From positions 2,926,917-2,990,916 of the forward strand of contig OZ245031.1 of assembly GCA_965223975.1 (NCBI GenBank): DNA of 64,000 nt. The letters are read 5' to 3'. Below the pieces are notes generated by a model. It was not told where the DNA came from and ran no database searches. It saw nothing but the letters and a program-made list of their open reading frames with translations. This document shows positions 42,457-50,153 of this stretch, piece after piece (the stretch's first letter is position 1; every line of letters begins with the position of its first letter). The position numbers and the translations under genes were made by a program. This DNA comes from Pseudomonadales bacterium (GTDB taxonomy: Bacteria > Pseudomonadota > Gammaproteobacteria > Pseudomonadales > JBECKS01).

Positions 42457-43602
42457 ATGAAAACTGATAAATCATTGTTTGGCAATATTCGAGGCTCTAA
42501 ATATCTTGATTGGCTTCAGCAATCCCTATTTACCAGGTCAGCTGAGAGTTATTTTGACCCAATTATTAAGGGCTTAGATGAGACCTGGGGCTTAAGTGAA
42601 AAGTATCGGCGGGCTCAAGTCATTCAAATTGAAAATCAAGGTAAGCTTGGTTTGCAAATTACGATTAGGCCGCCTGCATCTTGGCGGGGGTTCAAGCCAG
42701 GACAATTTGTAAGCTGTGGGTTTGAAATCGACGGAGTCCGGCGAAAACGAAGCTACAGTATTTGCTCTTCGCCTTTGATGTATCAAGAACAGGGTTTAAT
42801 TCAGTTGTGTGTGCATCGAGTAGAAGATGGCATAGTTTCGAAGCATTTAGTTGAGGAACTTCGCTTAAATCAAAGTTTTTATTTAAGTGAGGCTCAAGGC
42901 GAATTAGGTAGGGTGCTTAACGATTTAGACAAACCTGTACTCTTTTTGGCGGCTGGCAGCGGAATAACGCCTTTTATCTCGATGCTCAAAACTATGAGCC
43001 TTGATAACTCGCCAGCTTCGTTAATTTATAGCTGTTCCAACTCAGGGGATCATAGCTTTCAGCGGGAACTGGAAAACCTTGAGAGAGCTAGCAAAAACTT
43101 TTATTTAGATTTGCGTGCGACTAAAAAGCCGATAGAGGGTAGCGAGAAAGCTGTTGGACGTTTGAATACTAGAGACTTAAAGAATACTTGTGAGCGTATG
43201 GGTGCAAATTTAGCTGAGTGTGAGGTCTTTATTTGTGGCGGCTCAAGCTTCACCGAAAATATGATTGGTTATTTAAACAAGGCTGGTGTTCAAGAAAATC
43301 AAATCCATTCTGAAAGCTTTGATGGGGTGGTTCTAACTGAAAATATAGATAGCCAAGTTCGATTTACTCGTTCAAATAAGCAGCTTGAAGGGCAGGGAGA
43401 GCACAGCCTTTTAGAGCAAGCTGAGGGCCTTGGTCTGAGCCCCAAAAGTGGCTGCCGTATGGGCGTGTGCCGGACCTGCACATGCACTAAAAAAAGTGGC
43501 GTGGTTCGTAATATGTTGACGGGAGAACTTTCTGGTGCAGATGAGGAGCAGGTAAGGATTTGTGTTTCTCAAGCGGTGGGTCGCGTAGACCTAGAACTAT
43601 AA
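42457..43602 (+). CDS. Ferredoxin-NAD(P)H reductase-type oxidoreductase with C-terminal 2Fe-2S domain (DesC-like)
   Basis: I prefer the ATG at 42457 (RBS AGGTGAGGTGA) to the track start 42373. Motifs are FAD-binding RSYSICS, NAD-binding LFLAAGSGITPFISML, and plant-type 2Fe-2S CRMGVCRTCTC. Confidence 0.8.
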   Translation: MKTDKSLFGNIRGSKYLDWLQQSLFTRSAESYFDPIIKGLDETWGLSEKYRRAQVIQIENQGKLGLQITIRPPASWRGFKPGQFVSCGFEIDGVRRKRSYSICSSPLMYQEQGLIQLCVHRVEDGIVSKHLVEELRLNQSFYLSEAQGELGRVLNDLDKPVLFLAAGSGITPFISMLKTMSLDNSPASLIYSCSNSGDHSFQRELENLERASKNFYLDLRATKKPIEGSEKAVGRLNTRDLKNTCERMGANLAECEVFICGGSSFTENMIGYLNKAGVQENQIHSESFDGVVLTENIDSQVRFTRSNKQLEGQGEHSLLEQAEGLGLSPKSGCRMGVCRTCTCTKKSGVVRNMLTGELSGADEEQVRICVSQAVGRVDLEL

Positions 43603-43644
43603 ACGACGAATGAAATTTCCTAGAAAGAATTAGTGGAGGCGAAT

Positions 43645-44772
43645 ATGAATGCAGCAACAGAGTTTGATGGTATTTTTGATCAAGTGGTTCACCAGGAACT
43701 TAAAAATCATGGAAAGCGCCGTCTTAGCAAAGAAGAGTTAGATGGTTTCGGTGCTGAGCTGGAAGAGTTGAGAGCGAGCATAGAGGCAAATTTGGGTGAA
43801 GATGACGTAAGTTATATGCGACGTATGATCCGCCTAAGTCGGATGAGTGAGATCGTAGGGCGTTTATTGATACATGTAAGCCTGGATCCAATTACTTGGA
43901 TGATCGGTGTGTCTAGTCTGTCTTTTGCAAAGATCCTAGAGAACATGGAAATCGGGCACAACGTTATGCATGGTCAATACGATTGGACAGGCGATCCTGA
44001 TTTGAATTCTCAAAATTATGAATGGGATACCGTGTGCGACGGTGAGTCCTGGCGTCGTACACATAACTACGAGCATCATACTTATACCAACGTACTTGGT
44101 AAGGATCGGGATTATGGTTATGCGGTGCTTCGTTTGTCTGATGATGAGCCCTGGAGGCCGACTCATCGCTTTCAAATGGCTTACTACTTTTTATTGACAG
44201 TTTTGTTTCAGTGGGGAGTAGGACTTCATGAGGCAGAAGTTGAAAAGCTTCGTTCAGGCGAGAAAAGTTTTTCTGATAAGAAGGAATACTTTAAAGGTTT
44301 TTTTTCGAAGGCTGCTAAACAAAGCTTTAAAGATTATGTGTTTTTTCCGTTGTTAGCCGGCCCTATGGCTCCTAAGGTTTTGCTAGGTAATATCGCTGCA
44401 AACGGGGTAAGGAATATATGGTCAGCGACAATTATATTTTGTGGTCATTTTACTGAACATGCGCATACTTTTACTGAAGAAGAGTGTGAGAACGAAAGCA
44501 AAGGCCATTGGTATTATCGTCAACTGTTAGGGTCTAGTAATTTTACTGGTGGCAAATGGTTGCATGTTCTTAGCGGTCATTTAAGTTACCAGATAGAACA
44601 CCATTTATTTCCTGATATTCCTTCCTCACGCTACCCGGAGATGAGCCTAAAGGTTCAGGAAATTTGTGAGCGCCACGGTTTGCAATATAATACGGATACC
44701 TTCCTAAACCAGTATCAGGGAGTAATTAAACGAATTTGGAAGTATTCTTTTCCAGAGCCCAGTCCTGCCTAA
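43645..44772 (+). CDS. Membrane fatty-acid (acyl-CoA/lipid) desaturase (DesB-like)
   Basis: ATG at 43645 preceded by GGAGG. Three histidine boxes are present: HNVMH, HNYEHH and QIEHH. Confidence 0.85.
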   Translation: MNAATEFDGIFDQVVHQELKNHGKRRLSKEELDGFGAELEELRASIEANLGEDDVSYMRRMIRLSRMSEIVGRLLIHVSLDPITWMIGVSSLSFAKILENMEIGHNVMHGQYDWTGDPDLNSQNYEWDTVCDGESWRRTHNYEHHTYTNVLGKDRDYGYAVLRLSDDEPWRPTHRFQMAYYFLLTVLFQWGVGLHEAEVEKLRSGEKSFSDKKEYFKGFFSKAAKQSFKDYVFFPLLAGPMAPKVLLGNIAANGVRNIWSATIIFCGHFTEHAHTFTEEECENESKGHWYYRQLLGSSNFTGGKWLHVLSGHLSYQIEHHLFPDIPSSRYPEMSLKVQEICERHGLQYNTDTFLNQYQGVIKRIWKYSFPEPSPA

Positions 44773-44808
44773 GTGCTTAGAAAGTTCCTAAGTGCTTAGA
44801 AAGTTCCT
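44768..44808. repeat. 19-bp tandem duplication (about 2.2 copies) spanning the desaturase stop codon
   Basis: cctaagtgcttagaaagtt is repeated with a period of 19. Each unit contains the small inverted repeat CTAAG-tg-CTTAG. Confidence 0.85.
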
Positions 44809-45041
44809 GAGGGGTTAATATGCTCTCGATGCTAGGGTTTTGGCGTGGAAATGGGGCGACACCAGTGGCAAGTAGGCTCTAGCTTATTTAGCTATGGCCC
44901 CTGAGGTCTTACTGCTCAAAATTAGTTTAGGTCTAACAAATGCAGTGCCCCAATCTGCGCCTTGAAGTAGGTGAGTGTGCAAGCAAGGCGGTGCAATTTT
45001 GCTTTGGGTTCACCTATGTTTTAACTGAATCAGTTGAAAAT

Positions 45042-45647
45042 TTAGTTAAAGCTTTTTAGTGCCTTGCTTAATTGAATTAATGGGAGCCCGATCAAGGCGC
45101 TTGGATCCGTGCTGCTCACGGCTTCTAATAAGCCTATACCCAAACCTTCGACCTTGGCGCTGCCGGCACAATTTAGTACGTCCTCTTGCTGTAGGTATGC
45201 GTCTATATCTTTGTCATTTAAGCTTCGATATTTAACTTCAGTAAGATCGCAGTGATATTGTTTTGTATTGTCCAAGGTAGAAAGAATATGAAAGGCAGTG
45301 TAAAACGAAACTAGCTGAGTTGATGAGCGTTGTAGTTGAGCTCTGGCTTTTTGTTCCGTTCCAGGTTTACCTAAGAAAGGATGGTTTTTTCCATCATTGA
45401 TATAGGCAATCTGATCACAGCCAATCACTAAGTGTTCTTTTTTTGAATAATGGGCGGCGACACTTTCTGCTTTTTCTTTTGCTAGGCGCAGGGCGGCTTC
45501 TCTTGGCATTTCGTTTTCTTTAAGGCTTTCATCTATGTAAGGAGCATGTACCTTAAATGGTATTTGCAAGCGCTCTAGAAGCGAGCGTTTATATGATGAC
45601 TCGCTAGCCAGTATCACGGGAATAGTAAGCTCTATTAATTTGCTCAT
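45042..45647 (-). CDS. maf: Maf-family nucleoside-triphosphate pyrophosphatase (YceF-like)
   Basis: 201 aa with ILASESSYKRSLLERL at the N-terminus, GCDQ, and a GSAKVEGLG-type C-terminal region. The start overlaps the GH31 stop (ATGA at 45644-45647). Confidence 0.88.
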   Translation of the reverse strand: MSKLIELTIPVILASESSYKRSLLERLQIPFKVHAPYIDESLKENEMPREAALRLAKEKAESVAAHYSKKEHLVIGCDQIAYINDGKNHPFLGKPGTEQKARAQLQRSSTQLVSFYTAFHILSTLDNTKQYHCDLTEVKYRSLNDKDIDAYLQQEDVLNCAGSAKVEGLGIGLLEAVSSTDPSALIGLPLIQLSKALKSFN

Positions 45648-47926
45648 AATTGCGCAGACTCTCTGGTAGAGAACGTTATTCCTTCTTTTATAAGTTGCTC
45701 TCTGAAGGCTTGGCCCTCAGGTGAGCCCTGGTTATAAAGCAGGGCTGGTGTTCCAATAGGAGCGGAAATGGTCAGTGTTTTATCGCTGCCGCTGCTTATA
45801 TGGATTTCGCCGGTAAAAGCGTGAACCCAGTTACCTTTTGGTAAGCGTATTTCAACCGAGTTTTTGCCAGGATCGAGTACCGGGGCAAACCATAAGGCTT
45901 CGCCTATTTGATATTGCTGATAGCTCAAGCTCCAAAAGTTGGGATCGTTGGCTTGATGAACAAAAGGGTGTCTAAGCACCGGCCAGCCGAACTCAGCAGC
46001 TTCTTTTACTAGCTGCTTACGATATTCGCCCCAGGCTTTATAGACTTTGCTGAATTTAGCGAAGTGTTCTAGCAATTCAGGGTCACTATCAAAATGAGCA
46101 TTTTGATCAGGCAGAAGGCCTTCGTGAGTTCTAAACACTGGCTGGAAAGCACCTAACTCAATCCAGCGCATTAGGAGCTCTTTTGAACGATGTTCGGAAA
46201 TGCCAAAGGGAAGCCTGGCAGAAAAATATCCGCCGACATCGCCATGGTTAAAACTGAATCCAGACAAGCCGCTTGTTAATAGGCCTGTCACTGAAGTTTT
46301 AATGCCGTCGTAATTGTCCCAGTTGGTGGCTTGGTCGCCTAACCAGAATAAGGTGCTGTGTTCTGGACTATTAGTAAAGGCTGAGCGCATAAAGAAGAGG
46401 GTATCTTGTTCGCTGCCGAATTCTCTTATGGCTTCCCGATTGATCTTCGCCCATTCAACTGGGTATTGGTTGTGTGCGCTTAAAGCGCTTTCTCCGGAGC
46501 TGAGTTTTGAATCAAGAGGCAGGGCTTCGCCAAAATCGGCCATCCAGCCAGAAAGGCCAGCGCCCAGCAATTCATCTTTAATAACACCTTTGTACCATTC
46601 TCTGGCATCTTGGTTGCTAAAGTCCACCATGTAAGCTTTAAAGGAGCCCTGGCTGATAAAAACTAGATCGTCATGGGTATTTTTAAGTAGATAGCCTCCA
46701 TCTAATGCTTCTTGATAAAGGTTGCGCTTAAATTCACCTTTTTCTCGGGCATCAACAAGAAAGGGGTTTATATAGCCCAGTACTCGAATGCCTTTAGTCG
46801 CTAGGTGGGTCTTGAATTGTTCAAAGTCTGTATAGCGTTTGGGGTCTAGCTCCCAGTTCCACCATAATCGTCTGCCCAATGGTGTCTCACGTTGGCCTTG
46901 CCAGTCTTGTATCCATACCCCTGATACCTGTGCACCAGCGGCCAAGGCGCCGTCTATTTGCTTCATTACCTTATCACTGCCGCCTTGCAGCCCCAGGATA
47001 ACTCCTTGATTTACCCATTCAGGTAAGGCACGCATTTTTCCAGAGAGCTTGCTGTACTCAGATATAAGATCTAAGGGCTGGGCGCCAAAAATAAGTCTGG
47101 CTTTTAGCTTAGGGCTGTAGCTTTGAATATGAATGCGATCATTATTTCTAAAGTCGAAGATGGAGTACTCGGTGTTTTCAAGGGCGATACTTCTTAGTTT
47201 CGAGCTAATAAAGTGGGGGATCGGGGCATAGGAGTTAAACCAGTAACCGCCAGAACCCTTTCCAAAGGTATTAAGAATGGTGGTGAGCGGTTCAAGGCCT
47301 CGAGCTAAGCCTTGTTCGCTGACCAGGATCGGTACTCGTTTGCCTTTAAAGTCAAAGGCACTGAATTGTTCTCCAAGACCAAAGATTCGTTCCTCATTAG
47401 AGCTTTCTAATAGAATTTCGCTGCGGCCAATTTTAGGGTCGCTAAAGCCGAGCTTCAGAGCTAAATGCTGGCCTTTATCAATCAATTTTAAGGAAAAGTT
47501 AGATTTTTCTGGGCCGCATAGCATCTTTCCTTGGATTTCGAGGGTGTCTTCTATAAGTTCCCAGCTGTCGACGCTGTGTTGCTGACAGAGGCTTTGGAGC
47601 TCTTCTTTCATACCAAAAGAGCCCGCAAATTCCTCTCCAAAGACCGTGGCGTGCGCGCCATAGATAAAGGCTATGCCGGCGGGTGTGTTCCAGGATTGCT
47701 CTAGGTCCTTATGCTTTATATATAGCTGAAGCGAGTTAATGTCTTCTCCGAGCCATTTAAAGTGATATCTAGATGTTTCTAAGTTTTGGTGAATAAGTGA
47801 CTGATTTATATAGCCTAATTTTTTTTCATTGAGAGGGCGAGGTTCAGGGTTTGGCTTAGAGCAAGAGATTAAGCATAGGGCTAGAACACTGCCTAAAATG
47901 AGTGGGATTTTAGGGTTTTGGTACAT
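45644..47926 (-). CDS. GH31 glycoside hydrolase lipoprotein, YihQ-like (candidate sulfoquinovosidase)
   Basis: 760 aa with a lipobox (LALCLISC, Cys22). It aligns colinearly with E. coli YihQ as I remember it:
- GLGEQFSAFDFKGKRVPILVSEQG
- LGLQGG
- VWIQDWQGQRETPLGRRLWWNW
- GWMADFGEALP (nucleophile Asp)
- LFFMRS
- WLGDQATNW
- HGDVGGY
- RTHEG. Confidence 0.8.
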   Translation of the reverse strand: MYQNPKIPLILGSVLALCLISCSKPNPEPRPLNEKKLGYINQSLIHQNLETSRYHFKWLGEDINSLQLYIKHKDLEQSWNTPAGIAFIYGAHATVFGEEFAGSFGMKEELQSLCQQHSVDSWELIEDTLEIQGKMLCGPEKSNFSLKLIDKGQHLALKLGFSDPKIGRSEILLESSNEERIFGLGEQFSAFDFKGKRVPILVSEQGLARGLEPLTTILNTFGKGSGGYWFNSYAPIPHFISSKLRSIALENTEYSIFDFRNNDRIHIQSYSPKLKARLIFGAQPLDLISEYSKLSGKMRALPEWVNQGVILGLQGGSDKVMKQIDGALAAGAQVSGVWIQDWQGQRETPLGRRLWWNWELDPKRYTDFEQFKTHLATKGIRVLGYINPFLVDAREKGEFKRNLYQEALDGGYLLKNTHDDLVFISQGSFKAYMVDFSNQDAREWYKGVIKDELLGAGLSGWMADFGEALPLDSKLSSGESALSAHNQYPVEWAKINREAIREFGSEQDTLFFMRSAFTNSPEHSTLFWLGDQATNWDNYDGIKTSVTGLLTSGLSGFSFNHGDVGGYFSARLPFGISEHRSKELLMRWIELGAFQPVFRTHEGLLPDQNAHFDSDPELLEHFAKFSKVYKAWGEYRKQLVKEAAEFGWPVLRHPFVHQANDPNFWSLSYQQYQIGEALWFAPVLDPGKNSVEIRLPKGNWVHAFTGEIHISSGSDKTLTISAPIGTPALLYNQGSPEGQAFREQLIKEGITFSTRESAQL

Positions 47927-48140
47927 TGTTTTGGCACGAGTAGCTGAAAATAAGATGGGCTGAGCTTAAGTTGGCAAGTTACCCAAGGCAATAGCTGGAT
48001 TTCAAATACTCAACATTGTTCTCAGTGATCTAAAGCCAATTTATGGCTTTTGCCCATGCCCCGAGTTCTCTGGCCTTTAGAGTGAATAAAGGCGATTTAG
48101 GCTTTGACACAGAGGGGTCGAATCCATATCATGCGCGCCT

Positions 48141-48653
48141 ATGACTGGCCAGCAAATTCCTCAGCGCCTTGACCCTTTCAAACAGATTGGTGCAGGGCTG
48201 ATACATGAAGGCAGCGTTTCATTGAATCGACTGTCTCGACTAGAGGGTTTGCTAGCGAACCAGGATGGGGAGGTGCACCTTACTCTTCGTTTTGATCGTG
48301 ATGAACAAAAGATGGCAGTGGTCGCAGGTGAGCTGAAAGCTGAGCTCAATTTACTGTGCCAACGTTGTAACGCTATCGATCAGTTTCAGGTGGATTCAGA
48401 GTTTCGGTTCGCACTGCTGCGTAGTGAAGACGAAATAGAGAACTTACCGGAAATCTACGAACCACTGGTACTGGAAAGCCCAGAGCTAGATGTGTTCGAG
48501 CTGATCGAAGAAGAGCTAATTTTGGCTCTGCCTATTGTTCATTATCATGAAGATTCTTGCTCAGAAGATTTGGGCCAGAGTTTTGGTGAAATCGCGGATG
48601 ACGAGGAAGAACGAAGCAACCCATTTTCGGTCTTGGAACAGTTAAAAAGTTAA
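48141..48653 (+). CDS. yceD: DUF177 / YceD large-subunit ribosome-associated protein
   Basis: 170 aa with an acidic C-terminus and the LLCQRC motif. It lies immediately upstream of rpmF, as in E. coli. Confidence 0.88.
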   Translation: MTGQQIPQRLDPFKQIGAGLIHEGSVSLNRLSRLEGLLANQDGEVHLTLRFDRDEQKMAVVAGELKAELNLLCQRCNAIDQFQVDSEFRFALLRSEDEIENLPEIYEPLVLESPELDVFELIEEELILALPIVHYHEDSCSEDLGQSFGEIADDEEERSNPFSVLEQLKS

Positions 48654-48707
48654 ATAACCTCTTGTCTACCCGTGAGGGGCGATAAGAAACATTGAGGAGC
48701 TGTACTA

Positions 48708-48896
48708 ATGGCAGTACAAAAAAGTAAAAAGACTCGATCACGTCGTGGCATGCGTCGCTCTCATGATGCGCTAACTAATAGCACGCAAGCGATCCAAGAA
48801 GATGATGGTTCTGGTGAACTTCGTCGTCGTCATCACGTAGGCGCTGATGGCTACTACAAGGGCAAAAAAGTTATTGAAGGTTTAGATAACGACTAA
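48708..48896 (+). CDS. rpmF: 50S ribosomal protein L32
   Basis: 62 aa beginning [22 protein letters not shown]. Confidence 0.97.
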   Translation: MAVQKSKKTRSRRGMRRSHDALTNSTQAIQEDDGSGELRRRHHVGADGYYKGKKVIEGLDND

Positions 48897-48910
48897 GACC
48901 TCTAAGTATT

Positions 48911-48966
48911 AAAAATCCGCTAACGTTAATCTCTATCGAGACGAACTTAGCGGATTTTTGTTTTTC
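48911..48966 (+). terminator. Rho-independent terminator or attenuator after rpmF
   Basis: A 10-bp stem AATCCGCTAA (48914-48923) / TTAGCGGATT (48947-48956) has an inner TCTC/GAGA pairing. It is followed by TTTTTGTTTTT. Confidence 0.8.
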
Positions 48967-49018
48967 TACTTAGCGAAATCTTAGCTTATTCTAACCTTAG
49001 CCTAGCTAGAATTGATTC

Positions 49019-50113
49019 GTGTCTAATCTGACGTCAAAGACAGTAATAGCTATCGATGCCATGGGCGGTGACCATGGACTATCGACCACTGTACCGGCAG
49101 CGCTAGAAGCCTTGTCGGGAAATCCCTCTCTCTCCGTTTTAATGGTAGGCCTTATTGATGAGCTAGAAGCTCAGCTAAAAGGTAAGTCTTATGACGCGCA
49201 GCGACTTGAAATCGTCGCAGCCTCCGAAGTCGTTGGTATGGATGAAAAACCATCCGATGCTCTTCGTAAGAAAAAAAATTCTTCCATGCGTGTTGCGATC
49301 AACCTTGTAAAAGAAGGTAAAGCGCAAGCGGTTGTCAGTGCCGGCAATACGGGAGCATTGATGGCTATTGCGCGCTTCGTGCTTAAGACTCACGCTGATA
49401 TTGATCGTCCTGCCATCGTCACTACGGTTCCAACGGTTAAAGGCGCCTGCCATCTTTTGGATATGGGTGCGAATGTTGATTGTAGCTCAGAGCAGCTATT
49501 CCAATTTGCAGTCATGGGCTCGATTGTTAGCTCCGTTCACGATGATATTGAAAAGCCCACTATTGGCTTGTTGAATATCGGTGAAGAAGAGTTGAAGGGC
49601 AATGATCAGATCCAGCAAACACACGCGCGTTTGCTTGAGGCAGACACGCTTAACTATGTTGGTTTTGTTGAAGGCGACGGTATTGCTCAAGCAGAAGTCG
49701 ATGTAGTGGTTGCTGATGGCTTTGTTGGAAATATCGCCCTTAAAACAATGGAAGGGACAGGTCGCTTGGTGGCTCATATGTTGAAAGAAGCCGCGACCGA
49801 AAGTTTATTGTCAAAACTGCTGACTGTTTTTGCTTACCCGATGCTTAAAAAGTTTCAAAAGCGTATGGACCCGGATGCCTATAACGGAGCCAGTTTGGTT
49901 GGTTTAAAAGGCATCGTGATTAAGAGTCATGGAGGAGTAGGCGAGTTTGGTTTTCTCCAGGCAATCAAAGTTGCTGCTAAAGAAGTCGATAGAAACGTCC
50001 CCGAACTGATCAGGGCAAGGTTTGAGGCTATGTCGGCAGAGCCCTCAGCGCAACAAGAGTCTTCAACGCAAGAAGAGCCCTCGGCGCAAAAAGAGCCAAC
50101 AAGTAGCGAATAG
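49019..50113 (+). CDS. plsX: Phosphate acyltransferase PlsX
   Basis: 364 aa with a GTG start. Motifs include IAIDAMGGDHG and SAGNTGALMA. There is a ~35-aa acidic repetitive C-terminal tail (EPSAQQESSTQEEPSAQKEPTSSE). Confidence 0.93.
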   Translation: MSNLTSKTVIAIDAMGGDHGLSTTVPAALEALSGNPSLSVLMVGLIDELEAQLKGKSYDAQRLEIVAASEVVGMDEKPSDALRKKKNSSMRVAINLVKEGKAQAVVSAGNTGALMAIARFVLKTHADIDRPAIVTTVPTVKGACHLLDMGANVDCSSEQLFQFAVMGSIVSSVHDDIEKPTIGLLNIGEEELKGNDQIQQTHARLLEADTLNYVGFVEGDGIAQAEVDVVVADGFVGNIALKTMEGTGRLVAHMLKEAATESLLSKLLTVFAYPMLKKFQKRMDPDAYNGASLVGLKGIVIKSHGGVGEFGFLQAIKVAAKEVDRNVPELIRARFEAMSAEPSAQQESSTQEEPSAQKEPTSSE

Positions 50114-50153
50114 ATTAGTCCAACTCGTGCACATTTGTTAAAGGAATAAAACT

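Noticed and set aside
49995-50113. The repetitive acidic C-terminal tail of PlsX (EPSAQQESSTQEEPSAQKEPTSSE), considered as a possible separate feature.
   Set aside because: It is a short low-complexity extension in frame with plsX, with nothing to suggest an independent function. It is noted only in the feature evidence.
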